Source: an uncultured Planctomycetota bacterium
GTDB taxonomy: Bacteria; Planctomycetota; Planctomycetia; Gemmatales; Gemmataceae
Reading direction: 5' to 3'
NCBI GenBank assembly: GCA_963849325.1
Contig: CAWKHF010000012.1
Location: 320,001 to 384,000, forward strand
Length of the DNA stretch: 64,000 nt
A model generated the notes under the pieces. It saw only the letters and a program-made list of their open reading frames with translations, was not told the origin of the DNA and ran no database searches. Each line of letters opens with the position of its first letter. The stretch's first letter is position 1. The translations under genes were made by a program, and so were the position numbers. Positions 18,709-29,052 of this stretch are shown piece after piece.

Positions 18709-19038
18709 ATGAAGAAGCTCGTTGCCGTCGCCGTAGCCCTCGCCGCCCTGGGCGCTGGTCGCGCCGAGGACAAGACCGCCACCCAGAAGCCCGACGAGCC
18801 AGCCCCGGTCATCGTCAAGACCCAGCTGCCCCGGTACTTCAAGCAGCTCGGCTTGACCGACAAGCAGCGGAAGGAGGTCTACAGGGTCCGTGCTGGCTAC
18901 GCCGCCAAGATCGCCAAGCTCAACGAGGAGATCGCTACCTTGCGGTTGAAAGAGAAGGGCGAGGTCGAGGGCGTTCTGACCGAGGCTCAACGGAAACGCC
19001 TCCAGGAGATGCGGGCCGGCTCCGATTCCAAGAAGTGA
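18709..19038 (+). CDS. Secreted small helical protein, Spy/CpxP (LTxxQ)-like
   Basis: Signal peptide; LGLTDKQ and VLTEAQ motifs; SD GGAGG. Confidence 0.75.
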   Translation: MKKLVAVAVALAALGAGRAEDKTATQKPDEPAPVIVKTQLPRYFKQLGLTDKQRKEVYRVRAGYAAKIAKLNEEIATLRLKEKGEVEGVLTEAQRKRLQEMRAGSDSKK

Positions 19039-19115
19039 CACACCAGGCATCGACCGGCCGGGGCAACTCGGCCGGTCCCCATAAGAGGGCAATGATGAGA
19101 ACAAAGTCCCAAACC

Positions 19116-19133
19116 TTGCTTGCAGGCGAACCA
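19116..19133 (+). repeat. attR core direct repeat TTGCTTGCAGGCGAACCA
   Basis: Identical to 9490-9507. Confidence 0.9.
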
Positions 19134-19135
19134 GA

Positions 19136-19924
19136 TCATGATGTTTTCTCGCTCGAACGCACGGCGTCACCGGGACGTTCGCCGAGGACCGCCGCCATTT
19201 GCAGCACGAACTTCTCGGCGCTCTCGTACTCGCCCGGCGTCAGGTCGAGGCGCTTCTCGAAGAACTGGGCGGCGGCCTGGAACAGCCGGGCGCGTTCGAG
19301 GACGCGCAGCTGATCGCGGCGCAAGCACAAGTCGAGCAACGTCTGCTTCTGCTCGCGGTCGAGCTGGACGAGGCGTTGACGGAGCAGCGCCAACCGCTGA
19401 CGGTCGGCCTCGCTGCGCGCGTCGGGCAGGGCCAGGATCGGCTGGACGTTGCGCTCGACGTGAACCACGAGGGTATCCGCGGCCAGGTCGCCGAGGCGGC
19501 GCTGCTCGCGATTGCCGGCGGCGACGGCGAAGCCGAGCAGTCCCGGACCCAGAGGCAGCGGCACGGGCAAGCTGTCGGCGACGCGCAGCAGATTGCGAAC
19601 CGCCGACTGAAAGAAGGTGATGGACGTGCCGCGCCACTGGATGACGCGAATGCCGAGCAGGTACTTGCCCGGTGTTTGTCCGTGCCAGAGCCATTCAAAA
19701 AAGATGAAATAACCCCACAGGACCACGAACTGTCCGATCACGATCACCGCCATGCCCAGGCCGGGCCGGCCGAGCGTGAGGACGCCACCGACGACGGCGC
19801 CCATGACGATCAGCAGCAGCACCGCCAGCGCATCGATCAGCCAGGCCAGGAAGCGCGAACCCAGCCCGGCGACGCGGTAGCGGAACGGCACTTTCTCGGT
19901 GGTGAGCACCTCATGGCGGATCAC
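19136..19924 (-). CDS. RDD family membrane protein
   Basis: AGLGSRFLAWLID, GQTPGK..GIRV, RRLGDLAADT; GTG start overlaps the SpoIIM stop. Confidence 0.9.
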   Translation of the reverse strand: MIRHEVLTTEKVPFRYRVAGLGSRFLAWLIDALAVLLLIVMGAVVGGVLTLGRPGLGMAVIVIGQFVVLWGYFIFFEWLWHGQTPGKYLLGIRVIQWRGTSITFFQSAVRNLLRVADSLPVPLPLGPGLLGFAVAAGNREQRRLGDLAADTLVVHVERNVQPILALPDARSEADRQRLALLRQRLVQLDREQKQTLLDLCLRRDQLRVLERARLFQAAAQFFEKRLDLTPGEYESAEKFVLQMAAVLGERPGDAVRSSEKTS

Positions 19925-20919
19925 GCCTGGTCCTCCCGCGCCGCCGCTCGGCCCCAGCCGAGCAACAGAATGTAGGCCAGAAACAGCAGGGCGAAGACGG
20001 CGGCGACGGCCAACTTCAATCCCTTGCCGAGAAACCAGTCCGGCGCCCGCGCCACGCCAGCCTCCAGACACGCAGCCACGGCCAGAAGCGGCACACAGCC
20101 GAATAGCATCAGCACCGACTGCTTGCCTAGGCGAGCCAACTCCTCGCGCCGCGGCCACGGCCGCGCTCGCAGGAAGCCCTGCGCCAGCACGAAGCCGGCC
20201 GCTCCGCCGATGAGGCAAGCCGGGATCTCCAGCACGCCATGCGGCAGGATGCCGGTGGCGTAGGCCGTCAGCTGATGGGCCTCGGCGAAGACGGAGCCGA
20301 GAGCGCCCAGAAGAACGCCATTATAGAACATCAGCCAGGCCGTGCCGAGTCCGAGCGTGATGCCCAGGGCGAAGGCGACCAGGCTGACGCTGACGTTGTG
20401 CGTGAACAAAAAGCTCGAAAACGCGGTCAGGTCATCCGTCGTGTACATGGGCGCGGCCTGCTCCTCGCCCTCGGCCGGCGGCTGGATGGTCGGCATGTCC
20501 GTGGGCAGCAGGTAGGCGCGGGCAACCTCCTTGTCGTAGGTGCAGGCCAGGTAGCCGAAGACGGCGCCCGCCGCGAACAGCAGCGTGGCCAACAGGAAGT
20601 GCGGCAGGTAACGACGAAAGACGGCCGGGTAGCCCCAGAAGAGATAACGCAGCAAGCCCCGCACCTCGACGCGCGTTTTGCCATAAATGGCGAGGTAAGC
20701 GCGGGCAACCAAATCATTCAAATAGCGCTCGGTGGCCTCGCCGCTGACGAAGGTCTGGGCCTGGTTTAAGTCCGAGGCGGCGCGGCGATAGAGGCGGCCG
20801 AACTCGACGGCTTGCTCGTCGTCCAGTGAGGCCAGACCGCTGCCCTCGACACGCTGAAGGATTGCTTCGAGGCGTTTCCAGTCGGGGCGGCGCTGCCGGA
20901 GAAACGTCGCCAAATCCAT
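19921..20919 (-). CDS. Stage II sporulation protein M family membrane protein
   Basis: LYRRAASDL, FTHNVSV, NGVLLG, ILPHGVLEIPA. Confidence 0.9.
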   Translation of the reverse strand: MDLATFLRQRRPDWKRLEAILQRVEGSGLASLDDEQAVEFGRLYRRAASDLNQAQTFVSGEATERYLNDLVARAYLAIYGKTRVEVRGLLRYLFWGYPAVFRRYLPHFLLATLLFAAGAVFGYLACTYDKEVARAYLLPTDMPTIQPPAEGEEQAAPMYTTDDLTAFSSFLFTHNVSVSLVAFALGITLGLGTAWLMFYNGVLLGALGSVFAEAHQLTAYATGILPHGVLEIPACLIGGAAGFVLAQGFLRARPWPRREELARLGKQSVLMLFGCVPLLAVAACLEAGVARAPDWFLGKGLKLAVAAVFALLFLAYILLLGWGRAAAREDQA

Positions 20920-20955
20920 ACCAGTCACCTCATCGCGGACCACGAAGACAATTCA

Positions 20956-21098
20956 TTCACCACGGAAAACACGGAAAGCACGGAAAAAAGACAAAAAGAG
21001 AGGAAAAGAATAAAAAGTGCCGCCTCTCCTTTGACTCTTAAGTCTTCCCAGTTCTTCTTTGTCTTTTTTCCGTGTTTTCCGTGCTTCCCGTGGCGGAA
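20956..21098. repeat. MITE/REP-like element with (CACGGAAAA)-type terminal inverted triplets, copy 1
   Basis: CACCACGGAAAACACGGAAAGCACGGAAAA ... TTCCGTGTTTTCCGTGCTTCCCGTGG. Confidence 0.75.
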
Positions 21099-21107
21099 AG
21101 GTTTTTC

Positions 21108-22462
21108 TTACATCCGTACCCCTGTTTTCAGAGCCAGGTAGCGATTCACGGCGTCAATCGTCAATCGATCCGGCACGGTATCGAGCACCAGGACGCCCTG
21201 TCGTTCGAGGCTACGTAACAATTCGGTGCGTCCATCGAGCAGGTCGCGGGCCACGAGGACGTCATACAGTTCGTCGGCGTCTTCGGGCTGACGAGCGGCC
21301 AATTCCTGCAGAGCCACGTCGGCCACGGCCAGCGTCAGCGGGAGGTGAAAGCGGCGCAGCAGTGCCGCCGCGTCGAGATACTCGCGCGATACTACATCGT
21401 CGAGCATGTCCGTGAAAACCATCGTCAGGGCGCGCTTGGGGTGCTGGGCGATGAGATGGCCGAACGCCTCGCGGTAGTTGACGTAGCACAGCTCCGGCTT
21501 GATGCTGTACAGCGCTTGCAGGAAGCGAGCGTGCTGGCGCGGCCCTTGGCCGGCGGTAAATACAGATGGACCGTGTGCGAGAACACCAGCAGACCGAGAT
21601 TGTCCTGGAACGTCTGGCTGACGTGCGCCAGCATGAGGACGGCGTTGATGGCGTGGTCGAGCTTGGTCAGCGTGCCGACGCGGGCCGCCATCATGCGGCC
21701 AACGTCCAGGCAGAAAAGGATGTCCTGGCTGTGCTCGCTCTCGAAGACGCTGGTGATCGGCTTGTTGTGGCGGGCCGTCGCCTTCCAGCTGACGTGGCGA
21801 TAATCGTCGTCTGGCGTGTAATCGCGGTAATGGCTGAACTCGCGGCCGGTGCCCGGCAGACGCTTGGCTCGATAGCCGCCAGCGCGGACAAGGGTGGTGC
21901 GCACCAGAGCTTCATAGCGGCGCACCTCGAACAGGTTGGGATAGACCTGAACGCCCTCCGCGGCGGGCAGAAGGCGATCGACGCAAGCCAGGCCAAGCGG
22001 ACCCCGGCAGCGCACGGCCACGTCGCCGAAGGCGAAGTTGCCGCGCTCGGTCGGCAAGAGCCGATAGCGAAGGCGAGCCCAGCCGTGGGCCGGCACGTCC
22101 GCGTCCAGGAGCGGCGGCTCGGCCCGGAAGCTCGGCGGCGGCTGATCGCGCAACCGCAGCCGCAAGCGCCGCCGGCCGTGATTTTCGACGACGATCATCA
22201 CGTCGTTGTCCACGCCCAGCGACAGGCGGGCCGGCCGTTCTCGCCGCACGCGCAAACACGCCGGCCGGCTCCTTCGCCGGGCCAACAAAGCATCCAGACC
22301 GAGGAGCAGAAAGATGCCGGCGTCGAAGCCGAACACCAGCCCGCGGACACCCCCGGCGAACTCTCCGGCGTGAGCCAGCGGAAGCAGCGGGAGGACGTAC
22401 CCGGTCAGCCACAGCACCAGGCCGAACAGGAGTAACCAGACCGTCGCGCGCGTCGGGACCAT
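21108..22462 (-). CDS. DUF58 domain protein (vWA-like), frameshifted
   Basis: RGNFAFG, EFSHYRDYTPDDDYRHVSWKATAR, LDVGRMM, VFTD. Confidence 0.88.
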
Positions 22463-22706
22463 CGGCGAAATACTTCCGAAGGAGCATCGAGCTTCCGGGT
22501 ACTTTGTACTTCTCTCGCGCTGGTTTGTCCGTCCGCCAACGTGGCTCGTTCGCTGGCCGCCCCCATCCCCGAACGCCTCCCCCTACCTCCTCGTCCTATC
22601 CTTGATTGTGCCGGCGAACCGTCTACAAAGGATAGGAGGTACAACCAAGGTCCGGCCGAGGACTCGGCTCGCCGCCGCGAGATTATGCCAGGGAGGATTG
22701 CTGGGC

Positions 22707-23336
22707 ATGCCTGATTCCGCCGCTCGTCCCCGACGATCCGGATCGTCCGCGCGCAACGGCGCGGCGGCGAAGACGGTCGATGCCGCGCGCATCGAGGCGG
22801 CCGTCCGCGAAATCCTGCTGGCCGTCGGCGAGGATCCCGACCGCGAGGGTTTGCAAGAGACGCCCGCCCGCGTCGCCCGCATGTACGCCGAAATCTTCTC
22901 CGGCCTGCATGCCGACCCCCGCCTGCTGCTGGCCAAGACGTTCACCCAGAAGTACGACGAAATGGTGCTGGTGCGCGACATCGAGTTCGCTTCGACGTGT
23001 GAGCATCATTTGCTGCCGTTTCTGGGCAAGGCCCACATCGCCTACCTGCCCGCCGGCAAGATCGTCGGCCTGAGCAAGCTGCCGCGCGTCGTCGAGGTGC
23101 TGGCCCATCGGCCGCAGGTCCAGGAACGCATGACGGAAGAGCTGGCCGACCTGCTCATGGAGGAACTCAAGCCGCGCGGCGTCGGCGTCGTGCTCGAGGC
23201 CACGCACACCTGCATGACTATCCGCGGCGTGCGCAAGCCCGGCAGCGTCTGCACCACCAGCGCCATGCGCGGCGTCTTCCGCGAGAACCAGGCCACGCGC
23301 AACGAGCTGATGGCGCTGATCTACGGCCCGCGGTGA
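22707..23336 (+). CDS. folE: GTP cyclohydrolase I
   Basis: GEDPDREGLQETPARVA, CEHHLLPF, GLSKLPR, QVQERMT, HTCMTIRG. Confidence 0.96.
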   Translation: MPDSAARPRRSGSSARNGAAAKTVDAARIEAAVREILLAVGEDPDREGLQETPARVARMYAEIFSGLHADPRLLLAKTFTQKYDEMVLVRDIEFASTCEHHLLPFLGKAHIAYLPAGKIVGLSKLPRVVEVLAHRPQVQERMTEELADLLMEELKPRGVGVVLEATHTCMTIRGVRKPGSVCTTSAMRGVFRENQATRNELMALIYGPR

Positions 23337-23340
23337 TGCC

Positions 23341-24084
23341 ATGCTCGCCGTCTTCTGCCTCCGCCTCGCCGCCGGCATGATCGCCTGTCTGTTGCTGCTG
23401 CCCTCCGCCGTCGTCAACCCGCGCTTCTTCCGCACTCACTTCCTGACGGCCCTGGCCCTCGCGGGCGTGGCCTTCGTCAGCATGCCGCGAGATCGCTCCC
23501 GAAGCCGTTCTGCTTCTGCTCGGCGGGGCGATGGTCCTGGCGTTCGTCGGCTCGCTGGTCTGGGGACTGGAGGGAGCGCCCGGCGGACGCACGATCGCGT
23601 GCTGACGGCACTGGCGTTGGCGGCGGCGCTGGGCTGGCTGGAAGCGGCCAACTCCGAGCGGCCGGCGCTGGCCGTGGTGCTGCTGGGCGACCTGACTTCC
23701 GCCGCCGTGCTCGGCTCGGCGCTGACGGCGATGCTGCTGGGCCACTCCTACCTGATCGCGCCGACGATGTCGCTGACGCCGCTGATGCGTCTACTGGCCG
23801 CACTGGCCGTCGCCACGCTGGCCCGCCTGGGCGCGGATGCCTACGCCCTGGGGTGCTGGACCTCGACGCATTCCCTCGTTAGTCTGAATGATGCGGCCTT
23901 GTGGCTGCCGTTGCGCTGGCTGCTGGGCTTCCTCGCCCCTCTGGGATTGGACTGGATGGCCTGGCAGACGGCCCGCATCCGTTCGACGCAGTCGGCCACC
24001 GGCATTCTGTACGTCGTCGTGATCTTCTGCTTCCTCGGCGAGCTGACCAGTCAGCTACTGCGCAAGGACGGAATGACGCTGTGA
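23341..24084 (+). CDS. Multi-pass membrane protein
   Basis: Hydrophobic helices; AMLLGHSYL and STQSATGILY motifs. Confidence 0.75.
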   Translation: MLAVFCLRLAAGMIACLLLLPSAVVNPRFFRTHFLTALALAGVAFVSMPRDRSRSRSASARRGDGPGVRRLAGLGTGGSARRTHDRVLTALALAAALGWLEAANSERPALAVVLLGDLTSAAVLGSALTAMLLGHSYLIAPTMSLTPLMRLLAALAVATLARLGADAYALGCWTSTHSLVSLNDAALWLPLRWLLGFLAPLGLDWMAWQTARIRSTQSATGILYVVVIFCFLGELTSQLLRKDGMTL

Positions 24085-24123
24085 CCATTACTTCCCCCTG
24101 TGCTGGGGATTATCGAGGTATCC

Positions 24124-24580
24124 GTGAACATTCGCTTTGACTGTCCCGTGTGCGAGCAGCCCGGCCGCCTCGACGTGCCGGGGCGTCCACAATGGCAGTG
24201 TCCGCATTGCGATCACCTGCTCCACCTGCCGGCGGTACGCGGATGCCGCTCTGCCCGTTTGCACCGTCTGCGGCAACCACGAGTTATACAAAAAAAAGGA
24301 CTTCCCGCATGGCCTGGGCATGGGCCTTCTCGTGCTGGCCTGCCTGGCCTCGACGGTGACGTATTGGCTCTATGACAAGTGGCTGACGTGGGCCATCCTT
24401 CTCGGCTCCGCCGCGTTCGATGGTCTCTTGTATCTGTGGGTCAAGGACGTCATTGTCTGTTATCGCTGTCACGCGCATTTCCGCGGTGTCCTCGACAATC
24501 CCGAGCACAAGCCCTTCGAGTTGACCATTCACGAGCGTTACCGGCAGGAACGACTGCGCCGCGAACAGTTGAAAAGGTGA
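24124..24580 (+). CDS. Zn-ribbon membrane protein, frameshifted
   Basis: CPVC/CPHC, CTVCGN..LYKKKDFP, two TM helices, CYRC. Confidence 0.7.
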
Positions 24581-27528
24581 TGGCCGTGGACCCGCCGCAG
24601 GACGAACGCATCCGCGACGACCTCAAAGGCATCGTCAAGGGCGAACTGCTGTTCGATGACTTGTCGCGGATTCTGTACAGCACCGACGCCTCGATCTTCG
24701 AGGTCCGGCCGGCCGGCGTGGTCGTGCCGCGCGACGAAGAGGACGTGCAGGCGCTGGTCCGCTACGCCGGCGAACATCAGCTGCCGCTGATCGCCCGCGG
24801 GGCCGGTACGGGCGTGGCCGGCGAGTCGCTCGGCGCCGGGCTGATCGTCGATCTGAGCAAGCACTTCCGCGCCATTCTCGACGTGGGCGCCGATACGGTA
24901 CGGGTCCAGCCGGGCGTGGTCTATCGGGACCTGGCCCGCGAGTTGGCGCGTGTGGGCCGGCGCTTCGCGCCGGACCCGGCCAGCCTCGAATGCACCGTCG
25001 GCGGCATGTTGGCCACCAATGCCTCGGGCGGCCGCGCTTTCCGCCACGGCTTCACACGCGATCACGTCGTCCGCCTCCGCGCCGTGCTCGACAACGGCGA
25101 CGCCGCCGACGTCGGCCGGCAGCTCCCGCTGGCCCACCGCCGAAGCCGGTCATGGCCGACTCGGAGGACATCGTCTCCTCGGTCGTGACACTGCTGGAAC
25201 AGCACGCCGGGACCATCGCGGCGTGCCGGCCGCGCACGCGCTTCAATCGCTGCGGCTACCTGCTGCACGACGTGCTCGACGCCGAACAGCTCGACCTGGC
25301 GCGTCTGCTGGTCGGCTCGGAGGGCACGCTGGCGCTGTTCACCGAGGCGACGCTGCGGACCATCCCGCTGCCGGGCGGTCGAGGCGGTGGTCCTGCTCGG
25401 CTTCGCCAGCCTGGACGCGGCCCTGCGCGCGCTCGCAACTCTTGCTGCCGACGGGACCGGCGGCCTGCGAGTTGATCGACCGCCGTTTGCTGCGGCTGGC
25501 GCGCGGCAGTGACGCCGCGCTGGCCGAGTTGGTTCCGGCCGCGGTCGAGGCCGTGCTGCTCGTCGAGTACGAGGCCGACACTCCCCGCGAGGCGTTCGGC
25601 CTGGCCCACGACCTGGCCGATCGCCTTCACCGCGACGAACGTCTGGCGCTGTTCGCCCGCGTCGCGGACGATGAGGAGCATCGAGCGCTTCTGGCAGGTG
25701 CGCGAGGCCGCCCTGCCCAGCCTGTACGGCCTGCGCGGCACGGCCCAGCCGCTGGCGTTCGTCGAGGACGTGGGCGTGCCGCCCGAATTGCTGCCGGGCT
25801 ACCTGCACCGCGTCCAGGAGATCCTGCAACGGCACGAGACGACAGCGTCCTACCTCGTCCATGCCGCCACCGGCCAGGTCCACATGCGGCCCTTCCTCGA
25901 CTGGCGTCGCCCCGAGGACGTCTCGCGCCTGTGGGCCTTGGCCGACGACGTGTACCGCATCGTCCTCGACCTCGGCGGCACCATCAGCGCCCAGCACGGC
26001 ACCGGCCTGGCCCGCACTCCCTGGGTTGCCCGGCAGGCAGGATCTCTCTTCCCGGTCTTCCGCGAGCTGAAGGCCATATTCGATCCGCGTCATCTGTTCA
26101 ATCCCGGCAAGATCGTCGGCCCGACGCCGGACCCGTCGGCCTGGCCTCTGCGCCGCCGTCAGACGCGGGGCGAAGAGACGACCAACGGCGCCTCCTCGCC
26201 GGTGCTGCTGCGCTGGCCCTCGGACGGCGTGGCGGCCGAGAGTCATAGCTGCAACGGCTGCGGCCAGTGCCGCACCGAGTCGCCCGGCCGGCGCATGTGC
26301 CCGATCTTCCGCGCCAGCGCACGACGAGGCGGCCACGCCGCGCGCCAAGGCCAACCTGATGCGCCATCTGCTCCAGCCGGACACCGACCCGCGGCTGCTG
26401 CCCTCCGACGAGGTCCGCGCCGTGGCCGACCTGTGCGTCAACTGCAAGATGTGCGCGATCGAGTGCCCCGCCCAGGTGAACGTGCCCAAGATGATGCTGG
26501 AGGCCAAGGCGGCCAACGTGGCCGAGCACGGCCTGGACCGCACCGACTGGGCCATGGCGCGGACGGAGGCGTTCGCCCGTCTGGGCAGCGCCCTGGCGCC
26601 GCTGGCCAACGTCATGCTGGCCAACCCACCGGCCCGCTGGCTGCTGGAGAAGCTGTTCGGTCTATCGCGCCGCCGTCGTCTGCCGGCCTTCGCCGCTCGC
26701 AGCTTTCTGCGGCAGGCGCATCGGCGCGGCTGGACGCGAAGGCCGCGCTCGGCCCGGCCGCGCGTCGCCTACTTCGTGGACGTTTTCGCCAACTACAACG
26801 ACCCGCTCATCGCCGAGGCCGTCGTCGCCGTGCTGCATCACAACGGCATCGAGGTATACGTGCCGCCGCGCCAGGGCGGCTGCGGCATGGCGCCGTTGGC
26901 CTACGGCGACCTGGAGACGGCCCGCGAGGCCGTGCAGAACAACCTGCTTGTCCTGGCCGACCTGGCCCGCGAGGGCTACCCGATCCTCTGCTCGGAGCCG
27001 ACCGCCGCCCTCATGCTCCGCCACGACGCCCTCGATCTACTCGACGACGCCGACGCTCGCCTGGTGGCGGCGCAGACGGTCGAGTGCACCGCCTTCCTGT
27101 GGGACCTGCACCAGCAAGGGCACCTGCGCACCGACTTCCTACCGTTACCGTTGGGCGTCGGCCATCATGTCCCCTGTCATCTCAAGGCGCTGGGCCGACC
27201 GCCGGTAGGCCCGGCCCTGCTGTCCATGATCCCGCAATTGCGCGTACATACGATCGACGTGAGCTGTTCGGGCATGGCCGGCACGTTCGGGCTGAAGGCG
27301 GCGAACTACGCCGCGTCCCTGGCGGCCGGCCGGCCGATGCTGGAGGAGATGGGCCGGCCGCGCGTGCTGTTCGGCTCGACCGAGTGCAGCACGTGCCGGA
27401 TGCAGATGGAGGACGGCGCCGGCAAGCGCACGCTGCACCCGGCCCAGTATCTCGCCCTGGCCTACGGCTATCTGCCCGAGCTGCGCGAACGTCTGCGTCA
27501 ACCCATCGGCAAACTGGTGCTGCGATGA
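24580..27528 (+). CDS. FAD-binding and (Fe-S)-binding oxidoreductase (GlcD/GlcF-like fusion), frameshifted
   Basis: YSTDASIF, RGAGTGVAG, GSEGTL, NPGKI, CNGCGQC, CVNCKMCAIECP, CSGMAGTFG. Confidence 0.9.
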
Positions 27529-27770
27529 TTCTCCACGTCCGCCTGTTCGCCCGCGCCCGCGACCTCGCCGGCGCCGACACCGTCCGCGTCGAGCTTCCCG
27601 AGGGCGCGAACGTGGCCGATCTGCGCCGCCGCCTCGCCGCCGACTGTCCGGCGCTGGCGTCGCTGCTGGAGCGCTCCGCGCTCGCGGTCGAGAACGAATT
27701 CGCCGCCGATTGCCGGGTGCTGTCCGCGAATGCGGAGATTGCTCTGCTGCCGCCCGTCAGCGGCGGATAG
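27525..27770 (+). CDS. moaD: Molybdopterin converting factor small subunit (MoaD/ThiS family)
   Basis: VRLFARARD...IALLPPVSGG C-terminus. Confidence 0.9.
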   Translation: MILHVRLFARARDLAGADTVRVELPEGANVADLRRRLAADCPALASLLERSALAVENEFAADCRVLSANAEIALLPPVSGG

Positions 27771-27786
27771 ACGGACGCCGTCCCGG

Positions 27787-28611
27787 TCAGGGGAGTTTCA
27801 GTTCACCTTCGGCCACTTCGACCGAGAGGCCGTCTTTTGGGATCGGCTGTTTCAGCGTCCAAAGGATGCCTTGCGCGACCAGTCGGCGATACGCGGACAA
27901 ACGCCAATTATCGTGGAAGTGCAGACCGCTGAAACCAAACGATCGGCCGCCATCGGGGCGCTCCCAGCACCAGGCCACGGTCTCCGGCTGACCCTCGATG
28001 GTCACGCGCAGAAGCGGATGGATCCTCTTCTCGTCCTTGACAAACTTGAGTCGATAGTAGAATTCATCGCGGACGTGGAAATTCGTGATGCCGGTGGCGA
28101 TCGGATGTTTGCGATCCGCGAGGACGGCATCGGTTTCAAGAATCTTGTACTTGCGATCGGGACCACCGTGACAGCCGCCCAGCAGCTGGAGACAGCTCTC
28201 GATATTCTTGGCATCCTTTGTCCCTATCGCCCAGTGCAGGGCGACGATGCCGCCGCCGCGGGCCGCCAGTTTCGTCAAGGCCGCGCGGCGTTTCGCATCG
28301 TGATTCATCCAGCGCGCACCCTCGGAGAGAAACAACACCACGCCATCGGCACGGTCGAGCAGTTCCGGGCCTTCTTTCCACGGCCCTTCGGCGCGAACAG
28401 TATGGACCTCCAGACCGGGTACGTCCTGGAGGCATTTCGCCACAATCTTCAGGCCGGCCATGTATTCGTGCGTCTGAGGAGGATGACCGTCCGGTCCCGA
28501 GCCGACGAGCAGGAGCTTGGTAGACACGGCAGAGGGTGGGGCGCTGTCCGCCCGCTGTCGTGGTCCCAGCAGGACGGCAGAGAGCAGAAGCGCGAGAACG
28601 ACACGTTTCAT
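27787..28611 (-). CDS. Secreted ThuA-like (glutamine amidotransferase fold) protein
   Basis: Signal peptide, HPPQTHEY, GGGIVALH, DEFYY, GRSFGFSGLH. Confidence 0.82.
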   Translation of the reverse strand: MKRVVLALLLSAVLLGPRQRADSAPPSAVSTKLLLVGSGPDGHPPQTHEYMAGLKIVAKCLQDVPGLEVHTVRAEGPWKEGPELLDRADGVVLFLSEGARWMNHDAKRRAALTKLAARGGGIVALHWAIGTKDAKNIESCLQLLGGCHGGPDRKYKILETDAVLADRKHPIATGITNFHVRDEFYYRLKFVKDEKRIHPLLRVTIEGQPETVAWCWERPDGGRSFGFSGLHFHDNWRLSAYRRLVAQGILWTLKQPIPKDGLSVEVAEGELKLP

Positions 28612-28697
28612 GATGGACTCCGGAGTCAAACCCGCAGCGGTCCTCGCCGAGCAAACGATCCGCCCATAGATTATGAAGTCGTAAGAGTTAAAACGAA

Positions 28698-28725
28698 GAT
28701 AGCTTCGGATTCCTCCGAAGCTATC
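28698..28725 (-). terminator. Intrinsic terminator after tRNA-Glu
   Basis: GATAGCTTCGGA/TCCGAAGCTATC hairpin followed by TTCGTTTT on the minus strand. Confidence 0.7.
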
Positions 28726-28731
28726 GGGCAT

Positions 28732-28804
28732 TACCCCCAAGGGGACTCGAACCCCTGTCTTAGCCGTGAGAGGGCTACGTCCTAGGCCACTAGACGATGG
28801 GGGC
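28732..28804 (-). tRNA. tRNA-Glu(CTC); CCA not encoded
   Basis: GCCCCCA/TGGGGGT acceptor, TAGCC-CTCTCAC-GGCTA anticodon arm, GGTTCGAGTCC T arm. Confidence 0.96.
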
Positions 28805-28818
28805 CTGCATTCCCTTCT

Positions 28819-28847
28819 TTCTTAGTCCCTCCACGCGGGGCTGTCAA
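28819..28847 (-). promoter_or_regulatory. sigma70 promoter of tRNA-Glu
   Basis: TTGACA-N17-TAAGAA just upstream of the tRNA. Confidence 0.55.
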
Positions 28848-29052
28848 GAAGACTCGAAACCATCACGGGCCAATCCCTCCGCGGAGACCAGCGCAGCCGT
28901 AGAAGCCCCACGCTCTCTCCTTCGCGAGCGGCGCGCTGGCCGTGTCGCCGGGCGCTGTTATAATGTGCGGCATCAATCGCCCACTCCAGGATTCGGGGGA
29001 TGGCATGATCTGCCGCCGCACTCCGTCTCGATGCCGCGCCACCGACCTGCGA

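Larger units (their letters stand above)
9490..19133. mobile_element. Integrated ~9.6 kb serine-recombinase element, phage-satellite-like (capsid only)
   Basis: 18-bp direct repeats at both ends; integrase-HTH-capsid-AAA ATPase module; interrupts a translationally coupled host operon. Confidence 0.9.

Noticed and set aside
9490-19133. Complete prophage or encapsulin nanocompartment locus
   Set aside because: No packaging, tail or lysis genes; the shell protein has phage-MCP motifs in an integrase/helicase context and no enzyme cargo
28732-28804. tRNA-Glu as an island integration site
   Set aside because: No duplicated tRNA 3' end or integrase nearby in this window
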